From assembly GCA_963724265.1 (NCBI GenBank), contig CAVRTU010000004.1:133263-197262 (forward strand): 64,000 nucleotides of DNA. Direction: 5' to 3'. This document shows positions 1 through 10,550 of this stretch, one piece after another. The number at the start of each line of letters is the position of its first letter. Position 1 is the stretch's first letter. Origin of the DNA: an uncultured Gemmatimonadales bacterium. GTDB lineage: Bacteria > Gemmatimonadota > Gemmatimonadetes > Gemmatimonadales > GWC2-71-9. The notes below the pieces were generated by a model, which worked only from the letters and a program-made list of their open reading frames with translations, was not told where the DNA came from and did not search any database. Made by a program: the position numbers and the translations under genes.

Positions 1-1231
1 TCGCGGCCCACGCCGCGGAGGCGGTCGAGCAGGTCGAGCGCGTTGCCGGCGACCTGGGTCGCCGTCACCCGGCCGACAACTTCCCCGTGCATCACCCGCC
101 AGGCCAGAGCGACCGGATGAGAGAACGCCCCGCCGATCACGTTGCCCTGCCCCACGCCCAGGAGCTCGTCCACCAGGAGTCCGTCGTCCACCAGCGCCAG
201 CAGCTCGTCGAAGCCCGAGGCTCCCCGGACTCACCACGAGATTGGTGTAGGCCGGCTGTGGCTTGCCGAAGGTGGTACGCCGGCCGTGGCCGGTGGGAGC
301 GACCCCGGCCCGGGTGGCGCTCTCCACGTCGTAGATGAATCCGCAGATGACCCCGGCCTCCACCAGCGGGAACCGGCGGCTGACCACCCCTTCGTCGTCC
401 ACCGGCCTGGATCCGGAGCGGCCCTGCGGCCAGCGGATCGTCCACCAGGGAGAATGCCGAATCGAAGCGGTGATCGCCGATCCGGCCCGCGAGACGGGGA
501 ACTGCCCTGCAGGACCGTCTTGCCGATGCAGGCCAGCTGGACGGGAAGCAGCAGCGCGGGGAGGGCCGTGGGCGCGAAGCAGACCGGCCGCCTCCCCTCC
601 GGCGCCTCGGAGACGGTCCCGGCCCAGGCCAGCCGCTGGTCGCATCTGCTGCACCATCCGCTCGAGGTCGGCCAGCGCGGGAAGATCGGCACCGGCCCGG
701 TGGTCGTTGATGATCACGATGTCATCGCCGGTGACCCGCACCAGTTCGGCGGAGAGGCTCACGGCGGAGACCGGATAGTGGAACTCGACCCCCCGGCTGT
801 TGGCCACCCGCACCTCGCCCACCGATCGCTCGACGGTCACGTTGACCTGGCAGCCGTCGCTGGCGAGGCGGTCGGCGACGCCGGCCCCGATGTCCCTCAG
901 GGTCTCGAGATCGGCGACCGCGGCTCTCGGCACCGAGGTCAGGACCGAAGGCGGCGGCACGGGGACCGGCAGATCGAGGCGCCCCGCCTCTCCCACGCGG
1001 GCGGAGGCCATCGCCGACGTCGACCAGCTCATCGGGATCGTCGCCGGTCGTTCCGGCGAACCCGATCCGCCGTCGGCCACCACGCGGAGATTCACGCCGC
1101 GCTCGATGGCCCGCCCCGCGCTCCGGAGCTTCCCCGCCTCGAACTGGAGGGTGAGGGTCTCGTCGGTCTTCTCGACGGCGTCGGCGCGACTCGGCGCGGC
1201 GGCTGGCCCGTTCCAGCAGCGGGGCGATCAT
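1..1231 (-). pseudogene. pmbA: PmbA/TldE-family protein, partner of TldD; 3' end runs off the window, frame broken about 7 times
   Basis: Hand translation of the minus strand gives family-like blocks spread over three frames: AAPSRADAVEKTDETLTLQFEAGKLRSAGRAIERGVNLRVVADG, RIGFAGTTGDDPDELVDV, VTVERSVGEVRVANSRGVEFHYPVSAVSLSAELVRVTGDDIVIINDH, GSRPVDDEGVVSRRFPLVEAGVICGFIYD, APTGHGRRTTFGKPQPAYTNLVVSPG and ASGFDELLALVDDGLLVDELLGVGQGNVIGGAFS. The ATG at 1231 overlaps the tldD stop (ATGA). Confidence 0.8.
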
Positions 1232-2605
1232 CGCGAGTCGCCTCCCACCAGCACGTCGCGGATCCGGAGGTGCGGCGCGCCTTCGCTCACCGGAAGCGGG
1301 ACCTGCCCCGCCTTGCCGCAGCCGCCGCCCATTTCATTCCACTGGAAGTCGCCGCCGATCCGCTCGATCCGCTCCAGCGTCTCGAACAGCTTCCCGGCGA
1401 GGACCACCGGCTTGACCAGCTCGGCCAGCCGGCCGTTGCGGATCATCCAGGCGTACCCCGACGTGAAGGAGTAGTCCTCGAGGTGGGTCTGCCCGCCGCT
1501 GGCGTCGCAGGCGTAGATGCCGAGCTTGATGTCGCGCAGCAGGTCGTCGAGGGTCCCGCGGCCGCTGGCGATGTAGGTATTGGTCAGCCGGACGATCGGC
1601 GGGTGCCGGAAGGAGAGGGCCCGGGCGTTGCCGGTCGGGTTCTCTCCCATCCGCGCGGCGGTCTCGCGGGAATGCAGCCGGCCGACGAGCACCCCGTTCT
1701 GGATCAGCTGGGTGTTGCGGGTCGGGGTCCCCTCGTCGTCGTAGGGCAGCGTCCCCCGCCGGCCGACGGCGCTGCCGTCGTCGCCGACGTGGAGATCCTC
1801 GGGGCCGACCCGGCGGCCCAGCCGCATCATCGCGCCGGCGGCGGGGTTTTCGGCCACGAAGTCGGCCTCGCTCAGGTGCCCGATCGATTCGTGGATGAAC
1901 ACGCCGGCCAGGCGGGGGTCCAGCACCACCGGGTAGCGGCCGCCCTGGACCCGGGGAGCCTTGAGCAGGTCGACCGCGCGTTCCGCCGCCTGGTGGAACA
2001 TCGCCTCCCGTCCCTGCACCGAAATCCAGCCCCGCCGGAGCCCCAGCGATTCGAGGCCCCGCTCGACGATGTCGCCCTCGCGGGCGATCGCCACCGCCGA
2101 CAGGGTGACCTCGGGCCGGAGCTGGTGCAGCAGGATGCCGTCGGAGTTGGCGAACCACCACTCGGTGACTTCGTCCCGGTAGGCGGCCTGGGTGTCCACG
2201 ATCCGGCGGTCGCACGCGGAGCATTTCGCCGTTGAGCCGCTGCAGCAGGGCCACCTTCTCCTCGAGCGGGACGCCGCGGACGTCGCCGTCGAGGTCGGGA
2301 TAGAGGTCTTCCTGGCGGACCGGGATGTCGGCCAGGCGGATCGGCTCATCGAGACGGACCGCGAGCGACATCTCGTGGGCCTGCGACACCATCGAGGAGA
2401 GGTCGTCGAGCTGCGTGAAGGTGGCCGTCCCCCAGCCGCAGCCGTGGTTGAGGCAGCGGACGAAGCCGCCGCCGTCGAAGGCGGACTGGGCGCCCTCCAG
2501 GCGCCGGCCGCGCATGGCGACGGTCGCGGACCAGGAGCGCTCCAGCCGGATCTCGGTGTAGTCGGCGCGTGAGGCCCGGATCGCCTCGGTGAGTCGGTTC
2601 TTCAC
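1228..2605 (-). pseudogene. tldD: TldD-family metalloprotease, one frame break near 2218
   Basis: N-terminus MKNRLTEAIRASRADYTEIRLE... lies in the frame of ORF 1334..2605. The rest (RRIVDTQAAYRDEV...FIHESIGHLSEAD...GGGCGKAGQ...) lies in ORF 1228..2349. The HExxGH metal motif is present. GTG start at 2605. Confidence 0.88.
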
Positions 2606-2638
2606 CGGGCCGGGCTCCCGCCGGTCGGAAGCAGGCTC

Positions 2639-3157
2639 AGTCGGTTTCCTCCGCGAGGCGCGCCGCGTACTCCGGCCGGAGGATCAGCTCGCCGCTCGCT
2701 GATCACCTCGCGGTCCCAGGGCAGGATGATGAAGTTGGTGGTCTCGAAGGCGTGGTAGTCGGGCAGATAGGGGCCGGTCCGGAACGAGACCGCGGTCTCG
2801 CACCGCCTTGGGCTTCAGGGCACGGACCTCGGCCAGGGCCAGCTTCATGGTGCTGCCGGTGTCGCAGGTCTCGTCCACGATCAGGACCCGGCGCCCTTGG
2901 ATCGTGTAGGGCGGCCCCGCCACCAGGACCGGCTCGGCGCCGGCGCTCTGGCGGGTCACGACCATCGAGGCGAACTCGCGCTGCAGGATCGAGGCGACCA
3001 CCACCCCGGGAATGACCCCGGCCTTGGCGATGCCGAGCACGACCTCGGGGTCGTATTCGCGGGCCACCTTGAGCGCCAGGGCACGGCAGAGCTCGCCGAA
3101 GAAGGCCCAGTCCACCTCGAGGACGCCTCGGGGGCCGGGAACAGGGGTCGTACGCAT
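2639..3157 (-). pseudogene. Phosphoribosyltransferase (purine PRTase-like), two probable frame breaks (about 2800 and 2697)
   Basis: MRTTPVPGPRGVLEVDWAFFGELCRALALKV...RRVLIVDETCDTGSTMK (PRPP-binding loop), then CETAVSFRTGPYLPDYHAFETTNFIILPWDREVI in another frame. The 3' end is ambiguous: stop at 2639 after a second shift, or at 2602 without it. Confidence 0.7.
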
Positions 3158-3270
3158 GGTGTCCTCCACGCGGGAATGGGCCGGCGATTGCGTTGCGACT
3201 GATCGACCCACGGGCTATCTTACCTTGCAGCCGCCACTTGGACAACGCCCCCGAGGAACTCCCCGGCGAC

Positions 3271-3715
3271 ATGAGCTTCTGGCGACGCCTGTTCGGCTCC
3301 AACCCCTCGGAATCGCTCCGCCCGCAGCGACTCGACTATCTCAACGAGGCGCTCGCCCTCGAGCGCCAGGGCGACTACGAGGCGGCCCTCACCTCGTACC
3401 GGCTGGCCCTGCGCGATCACCCGACCGATCCGAAGATCCTGCAGAACATGGCCATCGCCTACACCAAGACGGGGCTGACCGACGAGGCGATCCGGCACTA
3501 CCGGCGCGCGCTCGAGCTGGATCCGAACCTGGTGGGCGCCCACTACGGCATGGCCTTCCTGCTGATGAAGAAGGGCGAGTCCCGAGCAGGCCGCCTCGCA
3601 CCTGCGTGCGTTCCTGGCCCGCCCGCCGCGGGGGACCGACGCCGAGCGCTGGATCAAGCACGCCGAGGCGACTCTGCGACAGCTGGAGGCGGACAGCGCC
3701 GCGGGCGCGCCGTGA
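3271..3715 (+). pseudogene. TPR-repeat protein, one frame break near 3585
   Basis: MSFWRRLFGSNP...ALALERQGDYEAALTSYRLALRDHPTDPKILQNMAIAYTKTGLTDEAIRHYRRALELDPNLVGAHYGMAFLLMKKGE, then PEQAASHLRAFLARPPRGTDAERWIKHAEATLRQLEADSAAGAP* in the +2 frame. Confidence 0.6.
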
Positions 3716-4472
3716 GCGCCCGCCGAAGGACGGGCCGCAGGACGGGCCGCGGGGCTGGGGTCCTGATCGGCGCCCTGTGGCTGGCCGGCTGCAGCTCAGC
3801 CCAACGGCAACCCGACGAGGTCATCGTCGCTCCAGGTCACGGCCCGCGGCCAAGTCGCTGATCTCGAGCAGGATGATACGCTCAACATCCAGACGATGAC
3901 GCTCTGGGGCACGGCGCTCAACCTGGCCGGCGACAGCATCGCCGCCACCATCATCTGGCGCTGCGCCGATACGACGGCCGCCGTTCCCGACAGCTTCATT
4001 CCCTACATCTACGGCCTCACCACCAGCGGCACCGCGCGGATCCAGGCCAATACGGCAGGGTTGTTCTCCCCGGTGCTGAACTTTACACGTCCGGCCGCGC
4101 ACCGACACGATCATCTTCGCCGGGCCGGACACGATGCGGGTCCTGTCGGGCGACACGCAGTCGGCCGGGCTCAACGTGGAGGTGGATACCTACAATCCGG
4201 CGGGGCCGCTGGTCGGGCGGGCGGTGATCTACAGCATCACCAGCCCGGTCTTCCCGACCGTCGCGTCCCGGACGGTCGAGTTCCCCAACGGCTGGCTGTC
4301 CGACACCGTGGTCACCGCCGCCGCCGGCCAGCCGGCCACACCGCCGGTCATCCAGCGGGTGACGGGACAGACCAGCCCCGACAGTGCGATCGTGGTGGTG
4401 TCGGCCACCCGTCCGAGCGGGCGGCCCGTCCCGGGCCCCGGCTCCGGCTTCATTGTGAGGTTCGATCCCTAG
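3712..4472 (+). pseudogene. Lipoprotein of unknown function (Ig-like beta-rich), about 2 frame breaks
   Basis: GTG at 3712 overlaps the TPR stop (GTGA). Signal plus lipobox GVLIGALWLAGCSS. Later segments sit in ORF 3896..4696 (TLWGTALNLAGDSIAATIIWRC...) and ORF 4134..4472 (MRVLSGDTQSAGLNVEVDTYNPAGPLVGRAVIYSITSPV...FIVRFDP*). Confidence 0.5.
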
Positions 4473-4514
4473 CTGACCAGGGTCCCTCCCGGCTGCGAAC
4501 GAAGGGAGAGCACC

Positions 4515-6335
4515 GTGTCCGTACCCCGCACGCTCAACGACATCTTCTTCGGCTCCGTCGAACAGTACCGCGAGCGCCCGGTGGCGATGCGGCACAAGGT
4601 CGAGGGCCGCTGGACCGACATCACCTACAAGGACGTCCTGGCCCGGGTCCGTGGCCTCTCGCTGGGGCTCAGGGAGCTCGACATCCGGCCCGGTGACCAC
4701 GTCGCGATCCTCTCCGAGAACCGCCCCGAGTGGGCCTTCGCCGACTTCGCCTGCCTCGCGGCCCGCTGCGCCGACGTCCCGATCTACCCCACCCTGCCGC
4801 CATCCCAGATCGAGTACATCCTCAAGGACTCCGGCGCGGTGGCGATCTTCGTCTCGAGCCGGGTGCAGCTGCAGAAGATCACCCAGATCCGCGGGCACCT
4901 CCCCGGCCTCCGGCACGTCATCGTCTTCGATGCGGACCTGGCCGGCAACGGGGTGATGGCGCTCGACGAGGTGATTCGCCGGGGCGAGGCGGTGCAGTCG
5001 CGCTACCCCGACTGGCAGAGCGACGCCCTGCGAGTGGAGGCCGGCGACCTGGCCACGCTGATCTACACCTCCGGCACCACGGGCGACCCCAAGGGAGTGA
5101 TGCTCACCCACGGGAACATCTGCTCCAACGTGGTGGCGGGGCTGGCCCGGCTGCAACTCCGCGACACCGACGAGTGCCTCTCGTTCCTGCCGCTGTCGCA
5201 CATCTTCGAGCGGATGGCCGGACACTACTGCATGTGGCACGCGGGCTCGACCATCAATTACGCCACGAGCATCGACACCGTGTCGGCGGAAATGGTCGAG
5301 TGTTCACCAAAAGTGGTCCTCAGCGTCCCCCGGCTGTACGAGAAGATTTACGCCCGGGTGCTGGAGGGGGCGCTTTCGGGGTCGGCACTCAAGAAGCAGA
5401 TCTTCTTCTGGGCCAAGCGGACGGCGGAGCTCTGGGCGGAATACGCCCTGGCGGGGAAGCCGGTGCCGCGCGCCATCGCGCTCAAGAAGCAGATCGCCGA
5501 CCGGCTGGTCTTCAGCAAGCTCAAGGCGCGGACGGGAGGGCAGCTCCGGTTCTTCGTGTCTGGTGGGGCGCCCCTCGCCCCGGATATCGCCAAGTTCTTC
5601 TTCGCGGCGGGGCTGCCGATCCACGAGGGCTACGGCCTCACCGAGACCAGCCCGGTCATCTCGGTCAACGGGTTCGGTCAGCTCAGGATCGGCACCGTCG
5701 GACGTCCGATCGACGGCGTCGAGGTGCGAATCGCCCAGGATGGCGAGATCCTGACCCGGGGCCCCCACGTCATGAAGGGATACTACGGGAAGCCGGAAGC
5801 CACCGCCGAGGCCATCGACCCGGAGGGATGGTTCCACACGGGGGACATCGGCCTGCTCGATGCGGACGGGTACCTCAAGATTACCGACCGCAAGAAGGAC
5901 ATCATCGTCACGGCCGGGGGCAAGAACATCGCGCCCCAGCCCATCGAGAACAAGGTCAAGACGAGCAAGTTCGTCACCAACGCGGTGATGCTGGGCGACA
6001 AGCGGAAGTTCCCCCTGATGCTCGTGGTGCCGAACCTGGACAACCTGCGGGCCTGGGCCGCGGGCAAGGGACACCCGTTCAGCGACGACGCCAGCCTGAT
6101 CGCCCTGCCGCAATGCGTGGACAAGATCGAGCGCGAGGTCAAGAAGTGCCTGCGCGACCTGGCCCATTTCGAAATTCCCAAAAAGGTGCTGCTGGTCGAA
6201 AAGGACTTCTCCATCGAGTCGGGAGAGCTGACGCCGACCCTCAAGGTCAAGCGGCGGGTGGTGGAGAAGAACTACGCCGGGATCATCGAGGCGGCGTATG
6301 TCGAGCCTCCCGGGTCGAACCATGGTGAACGGTGA
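4515..6335 (+). CDS. Long-chain acyl-CoA synthetase (AMP-dependent synthetase/ligase)
   Basis: Intact 606-aa ORF with AMP-binding signature YTSGTTGDPKGVMLTHGNI, GYGLTETSP, and TGDIG...DGYLKITDRKKDII. Confidence 0.92.
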   Translation: MSVPRTLNDIFFGSVEQYRERPVAMRHKVEGRWTDITYKDVLARVRGLSLGLRELDIRPGDHVAILSENRPEWAFADFACLAARCADVPIYPTLPPSQIEYILKDSGAVAIFVSSRVQLQKITQIRGHLPGLRHVIVFDADLAGNGVMALDEVIRRGEAVQSRYPDWQSDALRVEAGDLATLIYTSGTTGDPKGVMLTHGNICSNVVAGLARLQLRDTDECLSFLPLSHIFERMAGHYCMWHAGSTINYATSIDTVSAEMVECSPKVVLSVPRLYEKIYARVLEGALSGSALKKQIFFWAKRTAELWAEYALAGKPVPRAIALKKQIADRLVFSKLKARTGGQLRFFVSGGAPLAPDIAKFFFAAGLPIHEGYGLTETSPVISVNGFGQLRIGTVGRPIDGVEVRIAQDGEILTRGPHVMKGYYGKPEATAEAIDPEGWFHTGDIGLLDADGYLKITDRKKDIIVTAGGKNIAPQPIENKVKTSKFVTNAVMLGDKRKFPLMLVVPNLDNLRAWAAGKGHPFSDDASLIALPQCVDKIEREVKKCLRDLAHFEIPKKVLLVEKDFSIESGELTPTLKVKRRVVEKNYAGIIEAAYVEPPGSNHGER

Positions 6336-6397
6336 ACCCTAAAGGGCTTCCTCGCGACTGCGTCGCTCGGTCGCGGTGAACGGTGAACGGTGAACGG
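6324..6397 (+). repeat. Intergenic repeat family 1, copy A: core CCCTAAAGGGCTTCCTCGCGACTGCGTCGCTCGGTCGCGG flanked by GGTGAAC heptamers
   Basis: Read directly from the sequence. It matches copy B (10454..10526) apart from 1 nt in the core, and is related to 13823..13885 and 58746..58832 (reverse orientation). Confidence 0.85.
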
Positions 6398-6406
6398 GGG
6401 GCGAAG

Positions 6407-7795
6407 GTGACCACGGCGGAACACATCCAGAGCCAGGGCTTGCTGGCGCTCCTCCTTCTACTGCCTGCCGCTTCCCCCGCAGCCGCCCAGGCTACCCGGG
6501 CCATCGTGGGCGCAACGCTGATCGACGGGACAGGCGGCGCCCCGGTGAAGAACGCGGTCGTCCTGATCCGTGACGGGCACATCGCCTGTGCCGGCGCCGC
6601 GGCCGCCTGCAAGGTGCCGACCGGCGCCAGCCATTTCGCGGCGCGGGGACTGTGGGTCATCCCCGGCCTGATCGACGCCCATGTCCATTTCAGCCAGACC
6701 GGGTGGTTCGATGGCCGCCCCGACGCGATCGACATTCGGAATTTCTTTCCCTACCCCGAGGTCGTGGCGGGTCTCGAGGCCGATCCCGAGCGCTTCTTCC
6801 GGGCCTATCACTGCGCCGGTGTGACGTCGGTCTTCGATGTCGGCGGCTACCCCTGGACCTGGGCGCTCCGGCGCCGGGCCGCCGTCGACCCCGATGCGCC
6901 GCGGATCGCCGCCGCAGGGCCCCTGCTCGCCACGGTTGACCACTGGCTCAACCTCCCCTCCCAGCAGCAGCTGATCTACATGGCCAATGACTCGGTCGTC
7001 CGGGCGACGATCCGGTCTCACGCGGCCTTTCATTCCGACGCGGTCAAGATCTGGTACATCATGCCGCCCCAGCCTCCCGACACGGCGCGGATCCAGGCCC
7101 TGGTGCGGGTGGCGGCGGAGGAGACCCGGGCACAGAACCTCCCGCTCATCGTGCATGCCACCGGGCTCTGGGAAGCGAAGGATGCCATCCGCGCCGGGGC
7201 CCGGGTCCTGGTGCACAGCGTCTTCGAAAGCCCGGTGGACAGCGAGTTCATCGCCCTGGCGCTGGAACACCACGTGATCTATGTGCCCACGCTGATGGTG
7301 ACCGACGACTACCTCCTCGCCGCGCGAGGGGGCCTCGACAGCCTCGGCTACCCGCTGACCTGTGTCGACTCGGTTACGCTGGCCCACCTGCGTATGGGTC
7401 CGCCGGCGGACAGCGCCGCCTATTACCGCAAGCCGGAGACGCAGCGCCGGTACCACGACGCGACCGCAACCGGAATGGCGAACCTCAAGCTGGTCGAGGC
7501 CGCCGGCATCCCGGTTGCCATGGGAACCGATGCCGGCAACCCGGGAACGCTGCACGGCCCCTCAGTCTACCGCGAGATGGAGATGATGCAGGAGTCAGGT
7601 CTGACACCGATGCAGGTTCTGGTCGCCGCCACGCGCACTTCCGCCCTCGCGATGGGCTGGCAGGACAGCGTCGGCACGGTCGAGAGCGGCAAGGTGGCCG
7701 ACCTGGTGCTGCTCGGCGCCGACCCGACGGCCGACATCCGAAACGTCGAGCAGGTCCGGTGGGTGGTGTTGGGGGGAAGGTTCTGGAAGCGGTGA
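6407..7795 (+). CDS. Secreted amidohydrolase-family metallohydrolase
   Basis: ORF 6383..7795. The start was moved to GTG 6407 because 6383-6397 is repeat sequence. Signal-like LLALLLLLPAASPAAAQA, VIPGLIDAHVHF metal motif, C-terminal GKVADLVLLGADP. Confidence 0.82.
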   Translation: MTTAEHIQSQGLLALLLLLPAASPAAAQATRAIVGATLIDGTGGAPVKNAVVLIRDGHIACAGAAAACKVPTGASHFAARGLWVIPGLIDAHVHFSQTGWFDGRPDAIDIRNFFPYPEVVAGLEADPERFFRAYHCAGVTSVFDVGGYPWTWALRRRAAVDPDAPRIAAAGPLLATVDHWLNLPSQQQLIYMANDSVVRATIRSHAAFHSDAVKIWYIMPPQPPDTARIQALVRVAAEETRAQNLPLIVHATGLWEAKDAIRAGARVLVHSVFESPVDSEFIALALEHHVIYVPTLMVTDDYLLAARGGLDSLGYPLTCVDSVTLAHLRMGPPADSAAYYRKPETQRRYHDATATGMANLKLVEAAGIPVAMGTDAGNPGTLHGPSVYREMEMMQESGLTPMQVLVAATRTSALAMGWQDSVGTVESGKVADLVLLGADPTADIRNVEQVRWVVLGGRFWKR

Positions 7796-10446
7796 CGATC
7801 CCGGCCTCCCTCGCCGCCGCCCTGTCCGACCGGTACCGGCTTGACCGAGAACTCGGCCAGGGCGGGATGGCCACAGTCTACCTCGCACATGACCTCCGCA
7901 ACGACCGCCAGGTGGCGCTCAAGGTCCTTCGGCCGGAACTGGCGGCGCTTCTGGGTCCCGAACGGTTCCTCGCCGAGATCAAGACGACGGCGAACCTGCA
8001 GCACCCGCACATCCTGCCGCTGTTCGACAGCGGACGAGCAGGGGAACTTCTCTTCTATGCGATGCCGTACATCCAGGGGGAGAGTCTCCGCGACCGCCTC
8101 AACCGCGAGAAGCAGCTCCCCATCGCCGACGCGGTGCGCATCGCGACCGAGGTAGCCTCCGCCCTCGACTACGCCCACCGGCACGATGTCATCCACCGCG
8201 ACATCAAGCCCGAAAACATCCTGCTCCACGAGGGACGAGCGCTGGTGGCGGACTTCGGCATCGCCCTCGCCGCCAGCCGGGCCGGCAGCAGCCGGATGAC
8301 GGAGACCGGGATGTCGCTCGGCACGCCGCACTACATGTCGCCCGAACAGGCGATGGGCGAGCGTACGCTCGACGCCCGAACCGACATTTACGCCCTCGGC
8401 TGCGTGACCTACGAGATGCTGGTCGGGGAGCCGCCATTCACCGGTCCGACGGGTCAGGCCATCGTGGCCAAGGTGCTGACCGAACGGCCGGCCCCGATCA
8501 TCAGCCGGCGCGACCGGGTGCCGCCACATGTCGATGCGGCCACCCTCGTCGCGCTCGAGAAACTCCCGGCGGACCGGTTCTCCACGGCCCAGGAATTCGC
8601 CGAATCGCTGCTGGGCCAGCGGTCGGTTGGGATGCACACTGGCACGGGTCCGGCCCGTCCGGCGCTGACCCCGGCCCGGCCACTTCGCCAGTTCATGTCG
8701 TCCCCCTTCTGGGTTCTCGCCAGCCTCGCCGCGCTCGGCTTCGCGCTCCTGGAGCGGCGAAGCGCCCCCCAGGCGGGAACCGGCGGCACTACCCGCTTCG
8801 CCCTCGAGCTCACTCCGGGCACGACGGTTTCCTCCCTGCTGTCGAACCCGCTGGCGATCTCGCCTGATGGCCAGGTCATTGCCTTTTCAGGGCGCACCGG
8901 CGACGGACCGCTGCGGCTCTTTATTCGTCGAATGGATGATCTCGCCGAGCACGAGCTCCCCGGCACCGAGAACGGGGAACAGCCGTTCTTCTCCCCCGAT
9001 GGCCGGTGGCTCGGCTTCTTCGCCGATCACCAGCTCAAGAAGGTCGCCCTCGCGGGAGGACCTCCGATCCCCATCGCCGACCTGCCCGGCTTCTTCTTCG
9101 GCGCCTGCTGGGGCGCCGACGACCGCATCGTCGTATCGCGCGGCAACCGGCTGGCGATTGTCCCGGCCGGTGGCGGCGCGGTCAGCCCGCTCTCGCCAAC
9201 CGATACGTCCATCGGGAGGCTCTTCTACTATCCGAGAATTCTCCCGGATGGGAAGACGGTGGTCGTGACCCGCTGGGGAGGCACGGTGGTGACCGCAGGC
9301 CTCTGGCGGGCCACCATCGGCAAGGGCGAGCCTCAGGATCTTCATCTTCCGGGTACCTATTCCCTCGGCATGATCGACGGGGATTTCGTGTTCGCCTCGC
9401 TCAGCGGGGCGCTGATGGCTGTGCCGTTCGACCTGTCCGGCGGGCACCTCTCGGGCCCGCCCGTTCGCGTGATGGATGGGGTCTCCATCATGGCCATCGG
9501 CAGCGCCCAGGCGGCGCTGTCGCGCAGCGGATCGCTGGTCTACGAGCGCGGCGCCCTCCTCAACCAGATGGTGCTGGCCGATCCGCGCGGCGCCACCCAG
9601 GCGGTCATTGCGGAGCGCCGTTCCTTCCTCTACCCTCGCTATTCACCCGACGGGAACCGGATCGCCGTCAGCCTCGAATCCCAGGGATCGGTGGACGTCT
9701 GGGTCTACGATCTCAGGTCCCGGACGCTGGGCCGGGTCACCACCGAGGGCACGCTCAATGACCGGCCCGAGTGGACCAGGGACGGCAGCCATCTCATCTT
9801 CCGATCCAACCGTGGCGGCGGGCTGGCGCTCTGGTCGCAGTCCACCGACGGCACCGGCCAGGCCGAGCTGGTCCTGCGCGTGCCGCAGCGAGACATCTGG
9901 GAAGGGATTCCCACCCCCGATGGACGGTCGATCATCTACCGGGTCGGAACACTGGGAACCGCCGACATCTGGATCCGCCAGCTCACCGGCGATACAACCG
10001 CCCGGCCGCTGGTGGCCACCCCTTTCACCGAGTGGTCGGCCCGGCCTTCGCCCGACGGCAGGTGGCTGGCGTATGAGTCCAACGAGTCCGGGGAGTTCCA
10101 GGTCTACGTCATCCCGCTGGCGGGGCCCGGCGGCCGTCACCAGATCTCGGTCGACGGCGGCGCCGAGCCGGTCTGGTCGGGCGATGGGACCAGGCTCTAC
10201 TATCGGAATGGTGAGGAGCGAATGGTCGCGCGGATCACGACCAGGCCTGAATTTGCCGTGACCAGCCGAGACTCCCTGTTCGGCGGCGGATTCGGAACTT
10301 GGCTGGGCCACGCGGCCTACGATGTCTCCCCCGACGGGACCCACCTCCTGCTGCTCAAACAGGTCAACGACTCCACGCGAACCATTGTCGTGCAGAACTG
10401 GGAGCGGGAACTTCAGGAACGGCTGGGGAAATCGGGCGCGAAGTAG
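7792..10446 (+). CDS. Ser/Thr protein kinase fused to a TM segment and TolB-like beta-propeller repeats
   Basis: DRYRLDRELGQGGMATVYLAHDL...VALKVL, HRDIKPENILL, DFGIA, then repeated SPDG/WSPDG propeller blades. GTG 7792 overlaps the upstream stop (GTGA). The ORF opens at 7759. Confidence 0.88.
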   Translation: MTIPASLAAALSDRYRLDRELGQGGMATVYLAHDLRNDRQVALKVLRPELAALLGPERFLAEIKTTANLQHPHILPLFDSGRAGELLFYAMPYIQGESLRDRLNREKQLPIADAVRIATEVASALDYAHRHDVIHRDIKPENILLHEGRALVADFGIALAASRAGSSRMTETGMSLGTPHYMSPEQAMGERTLDARTDIYALGCVTYEMLVGEPPFTGPTGQAIVAKVLTERPAPIISRRDRVPPHVDAATLVALEKLPADRFSTAQEFAESLLGQRSVGMHTGTGPARPALTPARPLRQFMSSPFWVLASLAALGFALLERRSAPQAGTGGTTRFALELTPGTTVSSLLSNPLAISPDGQVIAFSGRTGDGPLRLFIRRMDDLAEHELPGTENGEQPFFSPDGRWLGFFADHQLKKVALAGGPPIPIADLPGFFFGACWGADDRIVVSRGNRLAIVPAGGGAVSPLSPTDTSIGRLFYYPRILPDGKTVVVTRWGGTVVTAGLWRATIGKGEPQDLHLPGTYSLGMIDGDFVFASLSGALMAVPFDLSGGHLSGPPVRVMDGVSIMAIGSAQAALSRSGSLVYERGALLNQMVLADPRGATQAVIAERRSFLYPRYSPDGNRIAVSLESQGSVDVWVYDLRSRTLGRVTTEGTLNDRPEWTRDGSHLIFRSNRGGGLALWSQSTDGTGQAELVLRVPQRDIWEGIPTPDGRSIIYRVGTLGTADIWIRQLTGDTTARPLVATPFTEWSARPSPDGRWLAYESNESGEFQVYVIPLAGPGGRHQISVDGGAEPVWSGDGTRLYYRNGEERMVARITTRPEFAVTSRDSLFGGGFGTWLGHAAYDVSPDGTHLLLLKQVNDSTRTIVVQNWERELQERLGKSGAK

Positions 10447-10453
10447 GACAATC

Positions 10454-10526
10454 GGTGAACCCTGAAGGGCTTCCTCGCGACTGCGTCGCTCGGTCGCGGT
10501 GAACGGTGAACGGTGAACGGTGAACA
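10454..10526 (+). repeat. Intergenic repeat family 1, copy B
   Basis: GGTGAACCCTGAAGGGCTTCCTCGCGACTGCGTCGCTCGGTCGCGG followed by four GGTGAAC units. Confidence 0.85.
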
Positions 10527-10550
10527 GGAATCCGAAGCTGACGAATTAGC

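Noticed and set aside
142-2235. 697-aa plus-strand ORF across the pmbA/tldD region. Similar long antisense ORFs lie at 28073..30457, 35598..37244, 4083..5240, 5304..6323, 6458..7555, 7567..8637 and 53318..54982.
   Set aside because: Each lies antisense to, or out of frame with, a gene with strong family signatures. Their compositions are low-complexity (R/P/G/A/H-rich) with no recognisable motifs.
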